A stretch of 63,880 nucleotides of DNA, the filler included, from Perkinsus chesapeaki ATCC PRA-425 (Eukaryota > Protista > Perkinsozoa), in the NCBI GenBank assembly GCA_013115145.1. It is 7 parts of 7 records of this genome, joined end to end, with 100 filler letters (N's around TTAATTAATTAA, not from the genome) between each part and the next. Parts side by side here need not be neighbours in the genome. Positions count along the whole stretch, not along the records: positions 1 to 13,457 come from JAAPAO010000788.1; positions 13,558 to 23,866 come from JAAPAO010000893.1; 5 more parts are not named here. One strand, written 5' to 3'. The notes beneath the pieces are model-generated. The model saw only the letters and a program-made list of their open reading frames with translations. It had not been told where the DNA came from and did no database searches. The stretch's first letter is position 1. Every line of letters begins with the position of its first letter. Below, piece after piece: positions 10,702-22,400 of this stretch. The translations under genes were made by a program, and so were the position numbers.

Positions 10702-11423
10702 TACCGTATGGTATCAAGGTTGTTGAGGGAAAGTTAAGGTTGCTTTCTGGGCCTCCCAGAATCCATGAGGTTTCGGTGAAAAGATCGTTCCACTGAGGCG
10801 GGCAGGCAGTCAGCATTGCATGTGTTAGGTTAGTGTACGAGCCGCAGCGAACCGTTCGGTCGATGCTTACTGTATCTATTTCGGTACCAACGATATCTTG
10901 TGTGTGTGAGTTTATAGTCCAACGCCCAAGAAGGGTTAGTTAGACTATCCATTCTATGTGCTACTGCTGCGGGGAGAGTTTAATACCTATACTGTTATTG
11001 TCACGGTTGTATGGATCACCCAGAAGAATGTAACTGCTGTTAAGAGATCCTACTCCTACCAGAATTCACTTGACTTGTGCGATTTTTGCGATCGAGTTGC
11101 GCCACGCTACCTACTTCATTCGCATCGAATTCGCATTTCCATGTTCTGCCTTACCTCTAGTATCGCTGCTCTCTAACGGCACTTGATGCAGTAGGTCTTT
11201 GGAAGGAGAGACAGTATTTGTGTCCATCCATTCGGTGCATTTTTGGGACTCTGTGGCAACTGTGGCAGGGAGACAGTTTTTGTGTCGTGTGATGTTTAGC
11301 TTTAGTGCTGGCTGACTAACTGAGTTCTGCTATCGTTTCGGTCTGATAACGTTTTAGAAAGGCTTGGAACTTCAGCTTTTATCCTTTCAGTATTAAAAAC
11401 TGATTTGTTAACTCATCCTTGAA

Positions 11424-12410
11424 ATGAAGGCATTCCTCTACGGTCAAGAAGATCCCGATAAGTATCTCTGGCATGACGCATATGACGTTCCCGAGCCCGA
11501 GAACAAGAAGCAGGTCCAAGTGAAGGTCCTTGCTGCCGCTGTTAACCCTATTGACTATAAGCTACCACATTTCCCTCGTGGAGACAAAGTGAAGGGTCAA
11601 CCCATTGGCTATGACTTTGCCGGTCGCGTAACCCGTGTTACGGACGGTTGCGAATATCAAGAAGGCGATATGGTGTACGGCAAAGCCCTTAAAGGCTGCT
11701 TGGCTGAGTACACTCTTGCCGATGTAGATCACATCGCTCGAGTCCCTCCTCAGATCGAGCCCAAGGTCGCTGCCTCTTTGCCGGTTGCCAGTCTTGTTGC
11801 TCTTCAAGGTCTAAGACTTGGTGGTTGTGGCGAGACTGATGGTAAAGACAAGAGCGTTCTTGTTATTGGTGCCAGCGGTGGAGTTGGATCCAGTGTGGTT
11901 CAGATTGCAAAGGCCAATGGTTGCAAGGTTTATGCCGTTTGTGGGACCTCTAATATCGACTACGTGAAGTCCCTCGGTGCTGATGTGGTCATGGACTACC
12001 ACAAGGAGGGCTTCGAGCTCCCTAATGACGACTGCCCAGTCGGCACCGTGGACATGGTGTTCGATACTGTGACTAGTGCCGAAGACCCGAACTACGAGCC
12101 CACAGCCAAGAAGACTCTGAAGGCCAGTGGGAAGTATATATGCGTCAACTCACCCAGCAACATGGACTGGACGAGATATCTGATATCTTATTACACCCAC
12201 ATCAACGTTCAGAGAAGGAATTACTCTCTTCTGTGGACTGATACCAACCCTAAGGATTTGGATAAGCTTTCTGAGTTGGTTATGGACGGTAAACTTAAGG
12301 TCAATATTGAAGAGGATTTGCCTTTTACTGAGGCCAATTGCAGGAAGGCCTACGAGCTACTTAAGAGCAGAAGGGCTAAGGGAAAGATCGTTCTCGAAAT
12401 GGAGAAGTAA
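11424..12410 (+). CDS. MDR-family quinone oxidoreductase, copy 4, intronless
   Basis: 328-aa ORF with VNPIDYK, GYDFAG, LVIGASGGVG and RAKGKIVL. Confidence 0.92.
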   Translation: MKAFLYGQEDPDKYLWHDAYDVPEPENKKQVQVKVLAAAVNPIDYKLPHFPRGDKVKGQPIGYDFAGRVTRVTDGCEYQEGDMVYGKALKGCLAEYTLADVDHIARVPPQIEPKVAASLPVASLVALQGLRLGGCGETDGKDKSVLVIGASGGVGSSVVQIAKANGCKVYAVCGTSNIDYVKSLGADVVMDYHKEGFELPNDDCPVGTVDMVFDTVTSAEDPNYEPTAKKTLKASGKYICVNSPSNMDWTRYLISYYTHINVQRRNYSLLWTDTNPKDLDKLSELVMDGKLKVNIEEDLPFTEANCRKAYELLKSRRAKGKIVLEMEK

Positions 12411-13457
12411 ATACGATATTCAACCCCCTTATGAAAATACTATCACATTTGATGATTACTGCTGCGAGGGGTGAATAGTTTATCAAAACGTACTGTTCAC
12501 CGTAACAGCAGCTTCTGTTGAAAAAGATTTAATCTTCATGACTGTTCTCTGTTGTTGTGTTTCTCACGAGTGAGTCGTTGGGTGTTGCCCTGCAGGGTGT
12601 TCGCTGTTCCGCGTTGGACTATAAACTCACTCACACGCGCGCTGCAGGGGTTCCAACATCGATTGGCATGTTGTTTTCCCCCCTCCACTGTGAAGACTGT
12701 TCATGTCGCGGAATGTCTTGAATTGAACGTCCTTGCAGTGGCTTTAATGCAGCTGTGGGGCCAGTTCTTAGGACTGAGTCCTCCGGTAGTCGGTCAAACT
12801 GTCGCAATATCAGTTTAGTTCCGAGTTGGAATAGTGGTCGAAAGGCTAATAGAGCGTGAGCATATGAATATAGAAGCGTCACGTGCAGCACGGAGTGCAT
12901 CTACTGTATATTACAAGGACTTGCGTGACATTCTATCTGGGGAGTTACCAGCGGTGACAACCGGTGAGCCATTCCTGGGGCCTATTTCACGAGCTTCTCA
13001 AAGAAGCTTGTGAAATGTGGCCCCTGATTTGTGATAGGAATGTGATCGTTTACTGTTAAGTCTATAGCGTGACTCTTCCTCGCAATATGCGAACCGTACT
13101 GTTGATGGAGTGACACTTACGATAGTTCTCGGGTATAGTTTCACCGGTTACTCAGGGTTCAAACGAACCACACAAAAGGGGACAAGTTCAGAACAGCTAA
13201 CACAGTGGTCCTTGTCGTAGTTCCTGGTACAACAGCTTAGCTTGCGGCCACTCTGCGAGTCTGTTACGAAACACTCCTCTTATAGATCGCAGTAGTGGGT
13301 CTTTGCGTACGGAAACAAAAGACGTTCGTGTAGTTATCTTTACAAAATATATAAATGAAGGCCTGCATTTACACTCCCGATAAGAGTGAGATCCAGTGGT
13401 CTCAAAAGGATCTTCCGATCCCAACACCTGGCGCTGACCAGGTCCAAGTTAGGGTCA

Positions 13458-13557
13458 NNNNNNNNNNNNNNNNNNNNNNNNNNNNNNNNNNNNNNNNNNN
13501 NTTAATTAATTAANNNNNNNNNNNNNNNNNNNNNNNNNNNNNNNNNNNNNNNNNNNN
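13458..13557. other. Assembly gap with artificial TTAATTAATTAA spacer (also 23867-23966, 31448-31547, 51547-51646, 61334-61433, 62729-62828; plain gap 60852-60949)
   Basis: N runs flanking the same 12-mer, which places stops in all six frames. Confidence 0.97.
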
Positions 13558-13624
13558 CTACTGAGTATGTTTTCCCACGAGCTGAAGATGATTTGAGTTA
13601 CCTACTAGTTAACGGGATCGGGTA

Positions 13625-14083
13625 TTAGTTCATACGGAGGAAAGGAAAGCGAGATCCCACATAGGCCAGCTGAGGTACTCCTAGTGGAGGCGAAGTTCTG
13701 GTCAGATTCAATCTTATACCGCCTAAAGTGACCCAGCACGAGTCACCACTCGTGAAAGTCAGAATTTGCAGGTCACCTCGCCGTGCGAAGTTGACAACCT
13801 TCGTCAAATCTTCTATGCCTCTGTACCACTCACGGACAGCCGCGGCAGGGAAGACATATACAGATCGGCGCACCCGGCGAGGCTGGATGGGATCCGATGT
13901 ATAACTGCCGTTCAATCCAGCAGAAAAATCGAACCGAACCATTGGGTTTGTGACATCTTCGATTATGAACAGAACTCGGCCCCCAAAGTAGGGATCGTCG
14001 GCGTTGTATAAGCCTACAGGCTGGCCAGATGCTCTGATCAACAAGTGGGCAGCTATCACTAACCAAGTATATGATAATATCAT
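13625..14083 (-). CDS. Lineage-specific secreted protein (QPxGxY...GDL.xLTF family)
   Basis: ATG 14083, signal peptide MILSYTWLVIAAHLLIRASG|QPVGLY, and motif RGDLQILTFTSGDSCWVTLGG. A paralog lies at 15.7-16.2 kb. The 3' end may continue by splicing near the gap. Confidence 0.75.
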   Translation of the reverse strand: MILSYTWLVIAAHLLIRASGQPVGLYNADDPYFGGRVLFIIEDVTNPMVRFDFSAGLNGSYTSDPIQPRRVRRSVYVFPAAAVREWYRGIEDLTKVVNFARRGDLQILTFTSGDSCWVTLGGIRLNLTRTSPPLGVPQLAYVGSRFPFLRMN

Positions 14084-15667
14084 TTATACTATGAACCAAA
14101 GGTAATCTGCTCTTCACCTAATTTCTATGAACGGTATTCCTGCACGCATGCGTTACTTCCTCCCTGGAACTCCTCTTTTCCGGGACAGTATTGGCTGGAC
14201 AATACTGGTGCCAAGTATATAGAACTTTGGCTATAAGTGAACATCACTCAGTTTCTGTAGCAAGATAGACTTGCTTAGTAGACTCCCTATGTTTGTGAGA
14301 TGATAGTAGCCACGTAAATCCCCAGACCTGTTCAACCCCCCATTGCCAGAGAGGCGTCATAGGAGAGCCCCCCTGCTCTGAGACTGTCCCCCCAGCGGGG
14401 TGACACACAGTCTCAGAAATATAGAAGTCTCAGAGTACCTCATGGATCGACTAGATAGTTCAGTATTGAGCAACTCAGTGGACCATGAGCTCCTTGACTA
14501 ACACCAGTGGCCATTGGTCTCGTGACGGGACTCTCGTCTTCCAGGTCCTGGAATCCAGGAACATTCGTGAGGTGTGTCAAAAGGGACAGCATCACGTTGA
14601 AGAGCTCACTAGGTCATCCACCTCGTACTATTGCACTTCTCGTGCCAAAAAAGGAAAGTCACCCTCTGTGTTGTCTCCCAAGGCAGTAATGTGTACCTCC
14701 ATGGAACCCGAACCTTTCGCAATTATTGGGAACGCGACCAACGCAGGTTCGAGGTACCCGTGTTTCCTGAACGTGCTTCCCTGAAGGAACTACCGAGTTT
14801 TCTCTGCAGAATCAATTAGATTCGATCAAAGGATTGCTTCATGTTAACATGGACAGCAACTGTAAATATTACAATGCGGAAATCGAGTATGTTCAATGCT
14901 GACAGTTGAGCAACTTGGCTCTGTCCTTTTACCTGAGAAACTAGTAGTTTCAAACTACGACTCTCAGCGTTCCGAGCATCGCTATAGAGTACTCAATGCC
15001 TTGCTCAATGCGCATCCTCGCATTCACCGTTTCTATGTACTTAGGAGACTATCGCCTACTGCTGGCGGTTCTTTAGTGAAGATTCTTCCCCGCCGGTTCC
15101 TTCTACTGCAACTCAAAACCATGATATCAGTGACACGTCACACAGGGAGGGTCCTGGCGAGACTTTCCCGTCTCATGTCCGGAATATTTCAATATTTCAA
15201 CGTGCCTGAGTTTTCCTGCGGTGCTCAAGCAGGACACTGATGGTGTATGTGATGTGTCTGATAAGATAAGGATAAGACTACGCTCTAATCGACTCATGAA
15301 GTCCGGCGAGACCCCTCTAGTTCTATCACAGCATGTCACCCAGCATGGGGACAGTCTAAGAACAGGTGGGACTTCTGTGGCGCTCTGTGGCAACAAACGA
15401 GTTTGGGATCTGGAGCGACCTCTATCACCTCTGTAGATAATATACAGTATATCTCTAGTTCACGAAGCAAGCTTAAGTTGCCAAGTTAATAATGTTTACT
15501 CAGAGCCAAAGTTCCGTATACTTGACGCCAATATTGTCTCGCCAATACTGTCCCGGAAAATAGGGGTTCCCAGTAGGAAGGAACGCATGCGTGCAGAAAT
15601 TACCGTTTAAAAAATTGCGTGAAGACTCTTCGCTTAATAGCAGGTTACCTTCGGTTTCATAGTATAA

Positions 15668-16151
15668 ATGATATACTCATATACTTAGTTAGTAATAGCT
15701 GTCTACTTGGTTATCAAAACATCTGGACAGCCACTAGGTTTTACGCCTCCGACGAGCCCGACTCTGAGCTCGAACTTCTGTTCCAAATCTTTTCACGAAC
15801 CCGATGGTTCGGTTTTCTTTGTCTACTCCAACGGGCGGTAGTTACCTATCCCTTCCCAACCAGATGCGCCGGGTACGCCGAGACGTATATGCCTTCCCTG
15901 TCGAGGCTGTCAGTGACTGGTTCACAGACATACAGGAATTGTATACTGAAATCGTCCTAGTGCAAGGTGATCTGCAAACGGTGACTTTCACGAGTGGTGA
16001 CTCTTGTTGGGTCACTTTCGGAGGGAGAAGAGTGACACTGCTCAGACGTTCGCCACCACTAGCGGTTCACCTCCACTCGAGCTGGTCCGAAGTGACACAG
16101 TCGCTGCGTTCAGGAGGGATCTCACGTTTACTTGTCCACGGCTTCGTGTGA
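15668..16151 (+). pseudogene. Disrupted paralog of the 13625-14083 secreted gene, in inverted orientation
   Basis: ATG 15668 then MIYSYT*, where the TGG of the intact copy has become TAG (15686-15688). At least two frameshifts precede MVRFSLS...QGDLQTVTFTSGDSCWVTFGG. The ~170 bp upstream is also homologous to the reverse complement of 14084-14260. Confidence 0.8.
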
Positions 16152-16674
16152 GAATAGATGGTCTCACTAATTTTCAAAATTAGAAATTAAAAAATTAAAT
16201 TTTGTAATCACGACTGGGGTAAGTCTTTACATTCGCTTATTGATGCTCCTGCCGTCAACAATCTTTTATATTAATCTCCTATGGTAGGAGCCCTATTACT
16301 AGCAACTCCGTAAAGGCGTATCTGATGCTCCCTCGGAATCCGAGCTCGTTCAAGCAGATAAACATTTTCCCATTTTGCAAATTGTGTCACGTTGTGGAAT
16401 CAAATGAATATTTATTGCGAATCACAATTTGTGATTCCGTTACTATTCGGTTCGAATCCTTAGTAATGTTCCGCATAACTGTCAACTTGACAGTATCAAG
16501 TAGAAGTGCTGAACATTGGGCTTCCGTCCACCATAACACCGACACCGATTAAGTTGTCTAACATTTGGCTCCGGTCGGATTACCTTTGGAGCAGTGTTTG
16601 GTCAGTGGTGCTGATGACCTCCAATCGTGCTTGACACGACGCATAGAATTCATACTTCGGCGATAATCTTTGCA

Positions 16675-16935
16675 CTATGAATCATTCGCTGCCACTCCGA
16701 AGCCCAGTTTATGAGGAGCGGCAGGATCGCTATGGAAAAATGAACAACTCATCCACTTGGTACCATCACAATACCCTTTCCACTTCACCCAGATGATAGA
16801 AGAGCCATGTTCTGTATTGTATTCAAAGGCAGTAATCTTTCGCTCCATGGAACCCGAACCTTTCACAATTATTGGGAACGCGACCAGCGCCGGTTCAAGG
16901 TACCCGTGGGACGCTGAAGGTGGGTATAACCTCAC
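16675..16935 (-). pseudogene. Degenerate coding fragment with a chromodomain-like segment; second decayed copy at ~14600-14770
   Basis: ERKITAFEYNTEHGSSIIWVKWKGYCDGTKWMS resembles the chromo motif E.I...Y.VKWKGY....TW. About 83 bp at 16826-16908 is roughly 85% identical by eye to ~14680-14762. Confidence 0.35.
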
Positions 16936-17124
16936 TTTTACATTCTAGCGAGTTTCCTACGGCGCGATGAAATGCCAAAAAATCACAAATCCGTGATGAC
17001 CTATAAACATCCAGAGTTGCACTTTATCTTGCATTTCTCGCTCAGCGGCTGCTACTAGTAACAACACGTATAGTAGTAGTCTACTACTGTAACTTCTGAC
17101 ACACATTCATACATAGAGGCACGA

Positions 17125-17289
17125 CAATGCCGCTTTCGCTATTTTGTCATTCATCACCAATGCCGCTTTCGCTATCTTGGCATTTTTCACCAATGCCGCT
17201 TTCGCTATCTTGGCATTTTTCACCAATGCCGCTTTCGCTATCTTGGCATTTTTCACCAATGCGGCTTTCGCTATTTTTGCATTCTTCGT
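17125..17289. repeat. 33-bp tandem repeat, 5 copies
   Basis: Unit caatgccgctttcgctatcttggcatttttcac at 17125, 17158, 17191, 17224 and 17257; the outer copies are more diverged. Confidence 0.95.
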
Positions 17290-17299
17290 TTTCTGGGAA

Positions 17300-20200
17300 C
17301 GAACGATCAGTACGTACGGCGAACGTGTTTTCGAGTCGAACAGTGAACGAACGCCTCATCAGGCAGCGGGTGGTCTCCATCAACTTCGGCCTTCAAGCCT
17401 TCAAGGGACGACAAGAGTGTTATTGACTCGCCATCCTTCACTAGAGGGTAACCTTATATAACAAAGAGCAACAAGAGTCGCACTCAGGGACCTCGACAAT
17501 CTGAAAGCTGCTCAGAATAACGAAAAGGTCGGCCTGGTTGATGCTCCATTTCCGCTGGTTTATCCATTTATAAGGAAGTCTCTATTCAGGACGCTATCGA
17601 TAAGAGTGCTGACGAGGCGCCATGGAAAGTCACTTCAACGAACCGCGCTGTTGACCCGGCCGATGTAGGAGCCATGAGGAAGACTTGCAAGGAATGCTTG
17701 ATTAAGGAGAGCCCGCTGACCGCTTTGGCTGGTGCAGTTCCGAGAATGGTAGACGAGGCACTGGAGAGAGCTCAAAGCTTCCTCAGAGATCACGCGCCTG
17801 GCGGGAAGGAAGCGTAAGTCGAAGTGTTGAATGGTAAATATCAACCGATCAGGCCCGAGTTACCGAAAAGTGTTCCTGGCGAGAGTCAAGGGAAAGAGCA
17901 CATTCAGAACGGTAACGAGCGCTTTTGTACGCAACGTGTTGAAAATGGAGCTTTCAGCGAATGGTGGGTCTATTGGCACCGCTGCTGTTACCAATCCTGT
18001 GCGGTCCACAAGCCCTCTAGAAACTGGGGCTGCCAACAAGACGGCGAAAGATGGGGGAATGGTCGATCCGCAAGATATTGCTGAGATGGTGAGACAGGCC
18101 GTTGCTGGCATGCTCGACGAGAGACTGAGATCTCGCGAGGAGGAGCAAATGAAGCTTGTTCAGAAGGCGCTCGAGGTGAGCTTGTCTTGCAGTCATCCTA
18201 TCGGTAACTCGAGTCAGGAATCAAAGTCCTTATCTGAGCGGGCTGCCCAACTTGAGGCTGCGCTGGGAGAGGCTAAACAACGCGAGCTTGAGCTGGAGAA
18301 GAAGATTGACCAAAAAGTTCACGAGGTAGAGAACGACCCCTCATTCTGGATAATCCGAGCCAATTTTATTAATTCGCTTTTCTGAATAATTTGCGAAATG
18401 CAAAAAATATCTCGGAAATTGTAAGCTTTTTTGTAAGGAAGAAGAGTCCAAGGAAGGAGAGCTGGTGGGTAACGCTCCAATTCCGTTGTCCAAATCCATT
18501 CTGCCGTCACAAGTGGCGATGCCGGAAGACACGAGGACATTCAAAAGCAACAGTGTTGGAAGTGGAACACCAAGAGCTAGCAAGGAGGATCACAAGCAGT
18601 ACCCGTGTCCTAAGATTATAATCCTCCAACGGTTTTTCTTCGAAACAGGCCTTCATCGAGACCGCCAGCGGCACCGCGCAGAGCCACAGAGCAGCAAGTG
18701 ACAACGCATACCACACTTTACTGCCCTTCACATGGGTTACCTTTGCTGCTATGGAACGAAGCGACACAGCAGACGACTTGTGCTGGATGTGAAGGAGAGC
18801 AGAAGGGACGGTGTGTGAGCTGTGGAGGCCCTTGAGTGAGCCGCCGACAGATACGGTTACTCGTTCGGAAGTTCTCCAAGGGGATCCGCACGCGCATGCT
18901 CTGTGGCGGAGGCCTGCGAGGCTAAACTGAGGATGATGGAAGGCTCGTTGAGAGAGTTTGATGATGTCAAGGCAGTTATGCTCGAGGAGGAGATAAGGCG
19001 AACTGAAGTGAGCTTACGGAAGATCCTCTTATCCCGGATGAGCCCGAGTTCCTGTTGCATGCCTCCTGCATGTTTAGGGTAAGCTGGAGGAACTTACACA
19101 GTTGGTGACAACAGCAGCTAGGGACCTTCGGGAGGACTTTGAGCAAGCGATGGGTGAGTGGGCTACGCTGATAGTTTCGCATGAACTCAAAAGTCTAGAT
19201 TGATAATTAATGCGTTTAATCCTGAGCTTGTCAGTAGCATTCATACGACGAGTATTTCTGCGGACTTAAGATTCTTGTTCGAGGAGGAATTGTCGCTATT
19301 AGCGCGGAAATTGTAGTTGAATCGGTTGGACACGATCTGGAGGGGTCCTGTTGTTATCAGAACTACTTCAATCGACGCAGAGAGTTAAGGAACACATGCT
19401 AGTGGATCATCGTCAGCAGCTCGATGGGATCTCTAAGGTATCTGGTGGCGGCGCTGCACGGTTGGCCTGGCCAACTTGGCCACATCAAAAAAGAATTGGG
19501 ATAGAATCTTTGCCCCTTCACTGATGCGGTTTTTATCTAACATCGCTTTCTGGGGAAAGTAGAAGGTTCAAATCAGCAATTCTTTTTTGTCATCTCAGAA
19601 AGTGACCCAGCTCCATCGAGCCCACGAAGAAGGAGCTAAAGCATGCGAGACTGCCGACCACGAAGGTGAGCTAGATTAACATACCCCACTTGGAGATTTC
19701 ATCAGGAATGATATCTTTCTTATCAAAACACGCTACTGTATATTCTCAAGAGTGTTGGCAGCTATTAGCGAGGCCGCTACCACGCAGCGTACAGGTGAGC
19801 AGATTTGGTAGCACTCAAGTGCGACTACGGAAACTTATGCCCGTGTTGTTACATTCTCTCCAGCCTGGTAACTTCATTACAAATTCGCGGGCAGTTGTTA
19901 CTACGGTCGATATTGAGGTCAATATTCAGCATGGCCAGCGGCAATTTCAATCTTAACTTTAGAAGCTTTTCATTTTTACTTGAGGGCTCATTTCGGTTCA
20001 GAATGTGAACTGCATATAGTGAGACTTGATACTAGCCACTCACTCTTGTTAAAGCTCGCGCTTATGCTCGAGTACTGTAGTCTGGCTTTGCTCCCCCATT
20101 TTTATATTTGGCCATTAGTATTGCAAATCAACAAGCAGGCTGCTGCAACCTTTAGAGCAAGTCTTGCCTTTACAGGTTCCCTTGGAGGACATCCCGTTTG

Positions 20201-21068
20201 AAGTGAACAAACGAAGGGACCTATTACGGAAGGCTCAGTGTTTCGAGAAGCTTGTGAGTCCGGGTCCTTGTATCAGCGAAAATGATTCATCAGACACTTG
20301 TGAAGAATCAAGTGCTTTGCGATATAGTACAGGCATTAAAGGCGGAAAAGGTGAGCAAGTTCATTTTATTAGCAGCCAGGAAGACCCTATGATGGAGGCT
20401 GAGGAGCATATCGACTTTTAGGCCAATCACGCCGATACTCGAGACTACGCTGCCGAGATGGAATCCCTTCTGGATGCATATGCAGACGAGTGGGAAAGAA
20501 GGTGGGTTGCCCATGAGAAAAGCTGGCAAGATCTGGGCCCATAGATTCAATTACGTATGTTCGTACTGTGGACAACAGCTTGAGCCATCACTGGCCAACG
20601 AGCTCTACTGCGAATCAACCGGTGGTCAGAAAGTAGGCCCCTTGACAGTGTAGTCTCACAGCATGGAGCTTCACCGTTTCAGGCACATTACTGGGTTCCA
20701 GCTGACAGAGCTATGCCTGAAGAGGCCAAGGCGTCTTTGCGCCCTCAGCTACCTAAGCTACCTTCAGGCTCCCCAAGGGCAAGGTACATCGTCTTCGTTG
20801 ATTTAGCTTTGATCCTAAAGCATCTCATTCAATGAACTGCTCCGGCATCAAAGAGAAAACACTAGACGCATTAGACTTATCAAACCATTCGTATAATTTA
20901 TTGCCAGACATTGGCCTGAACTCCACTGCTTGCGACTCGACTGAAGCCTTTACTTCAGATCTAACCAGAAAATCAGCGCTGTCTCTCCGATGTTCCGTGG
21001 CGACAGCTCAGTCGAGGGCTCCCCAGCATCTAGGTGTGCTAGGAAAGGACCCCACTCCCCTCGCATAG
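17300..21068 (+). CDS. Multi-exon hypothetical coiled-coil protein (boundaries approximate)
   Basis: Exon-like open segments with GT/AG borders: EVSIQDAIDKSADEAPWKVT...RDHAPGGKE (~17575-17814), DIAEMVRQAVAGMLDERLRSREEEQMKLVQKALE, ESKSLSERAAQLEAALGEAKQRELELEKK, EACEAKLRMMEGSLREFDDVK and MESLLDAYADEWERRW. Confidence 0.55.
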
Positions 21069-21082
21069 GTGAAGATACCATC

Positions 21083-22400
21083 ATGCCGCGTCTACTATTG
21101 AAAAAAAAGTTGCGCTTTCGTTTCAGGTGTGGAGCGTACCGACTCTGAAATCTTGTCCATCGTGGGCTCGATTTTGCGTGAAAAATTCCCGCAGGGTGAG
21201 TTTATCAGCAGTCTTTTCCGAGTGCGCCGTGCTACACGTTCCCTCAGATCACTCGCAACCTTTTCGTAAACACTCTACTCGAGCTCGTAAAGGAATACTA
21301 TCACGCATTGAGTTGTGGAGAACTATCAGAGAAGATCTGGATACCTATGGGGTGAGGGGGTTTGTAAGCACCCCAGGCCATGATAGAAACCGTAACAGGG
21401 TTTTGTAATCTCGGCTGTGAGGTTGCAAACCCATAAGTTCAGTTCTGTAAGTTTAGCTATTGACTTGGTCAGACTGAACTGGTACGCGAACTCCGTAGTA
21501 CGCATAATTACTATTTTACCCTGCTTTTCCATATCAACAGGAACATTTGGTTTGTCGGACACGTATACCGGCTCGAGAACCTCGGGTATCAGTGCATCGG
21601 ACAGCCCGTGACGCTTGTTAGCAGAAAGTGATGCCCTAAACCAGAGATCCTGAATCGTTGTGATAAATGAAGATAATTGCGAATTCCCATTTGATTTCAC
21701 ATCAAGACGCGAACTTGATGAAGTGCGAGAAACTGCGACGAAAATCTCTCGTGCTTCCTAGAGGAGTTTGTGTACAGAGCCGGCTGAAACTGTGTTTTAC
21801 CTCCTGTCGTACATGTTGTTTCCCATACTAGGAAAGCATAATCCTGCACTCTCTGCGATGTTCATTACAAAGTATTAGATGCTAGCAAATACACTCGTGA
21901 TTAAGGTGGTTGGTAATCTCTCCTCCAGATACTCACTGATGCGGAGGTAGACAGAATAATGCTTTGTTGTGACACAGAGAAAAGTGAGGCGCTGTTGGTG
22001 AGGGGTGAAGTAGCCTGAGTTAGTCGCTATGGCATTGTCAGTAGTGGCTGATTCAGCTCTAAGCATGAGAATGAAGTACTGTGTATATATACGACATGTA
22101 GTCCTCATAAAGGTTTATCATATAGGCCCTACAGATGATCTGCGCTCGCTCGAGTTCTTGGATCCATACTCAGTAGTGAATACTGGCGTGGATAAATGAT
22201 GTACCGTACATCGGTGCTCCATTCTACATAACATATCTGAAATACCTTTGTTTAGAACACAATGAGAGAATTGCGCTGGTACTTGTCTATGAATAGATAA
22301 CGAACAACTGTGTTCGTGATAAATTGCTAGATTTGCGCAACCGGATAGATCATCTTGAATGTGCATTATCATGGCTAAACCGCTTTTATAAAACGATTGC
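21083..22400 (+). CDS. Possible multi-exon hypothetical gene, or a continuation of the upstream gene
   Basis: Short GT/AG-bounded open segments such as GVERTDSEILSIVGSILREKFPQ and RNIWFVGHVYRLENLGYQCIGQP. No family recognised. Confidence 0.3.

Noticed and set aside
13449-13454. TTAGGG next to a gap, suggesting a telomere
   Set aside because: Single hexamer, no array.
13502-13513. TTAATTAATTAA palindrome repeated six times in the window
   Set aside because: It is always centred in N runs, so it is an artificial contig spacer. ORF endings in 'XXX...LIN' are artefacts of it.
14377-14417. 11-bp inverted repeat tctgagactgt...acagtctcaga with a 19-nt loop
   Set aside because: Isolated and short, with no TSD or second copy seen.
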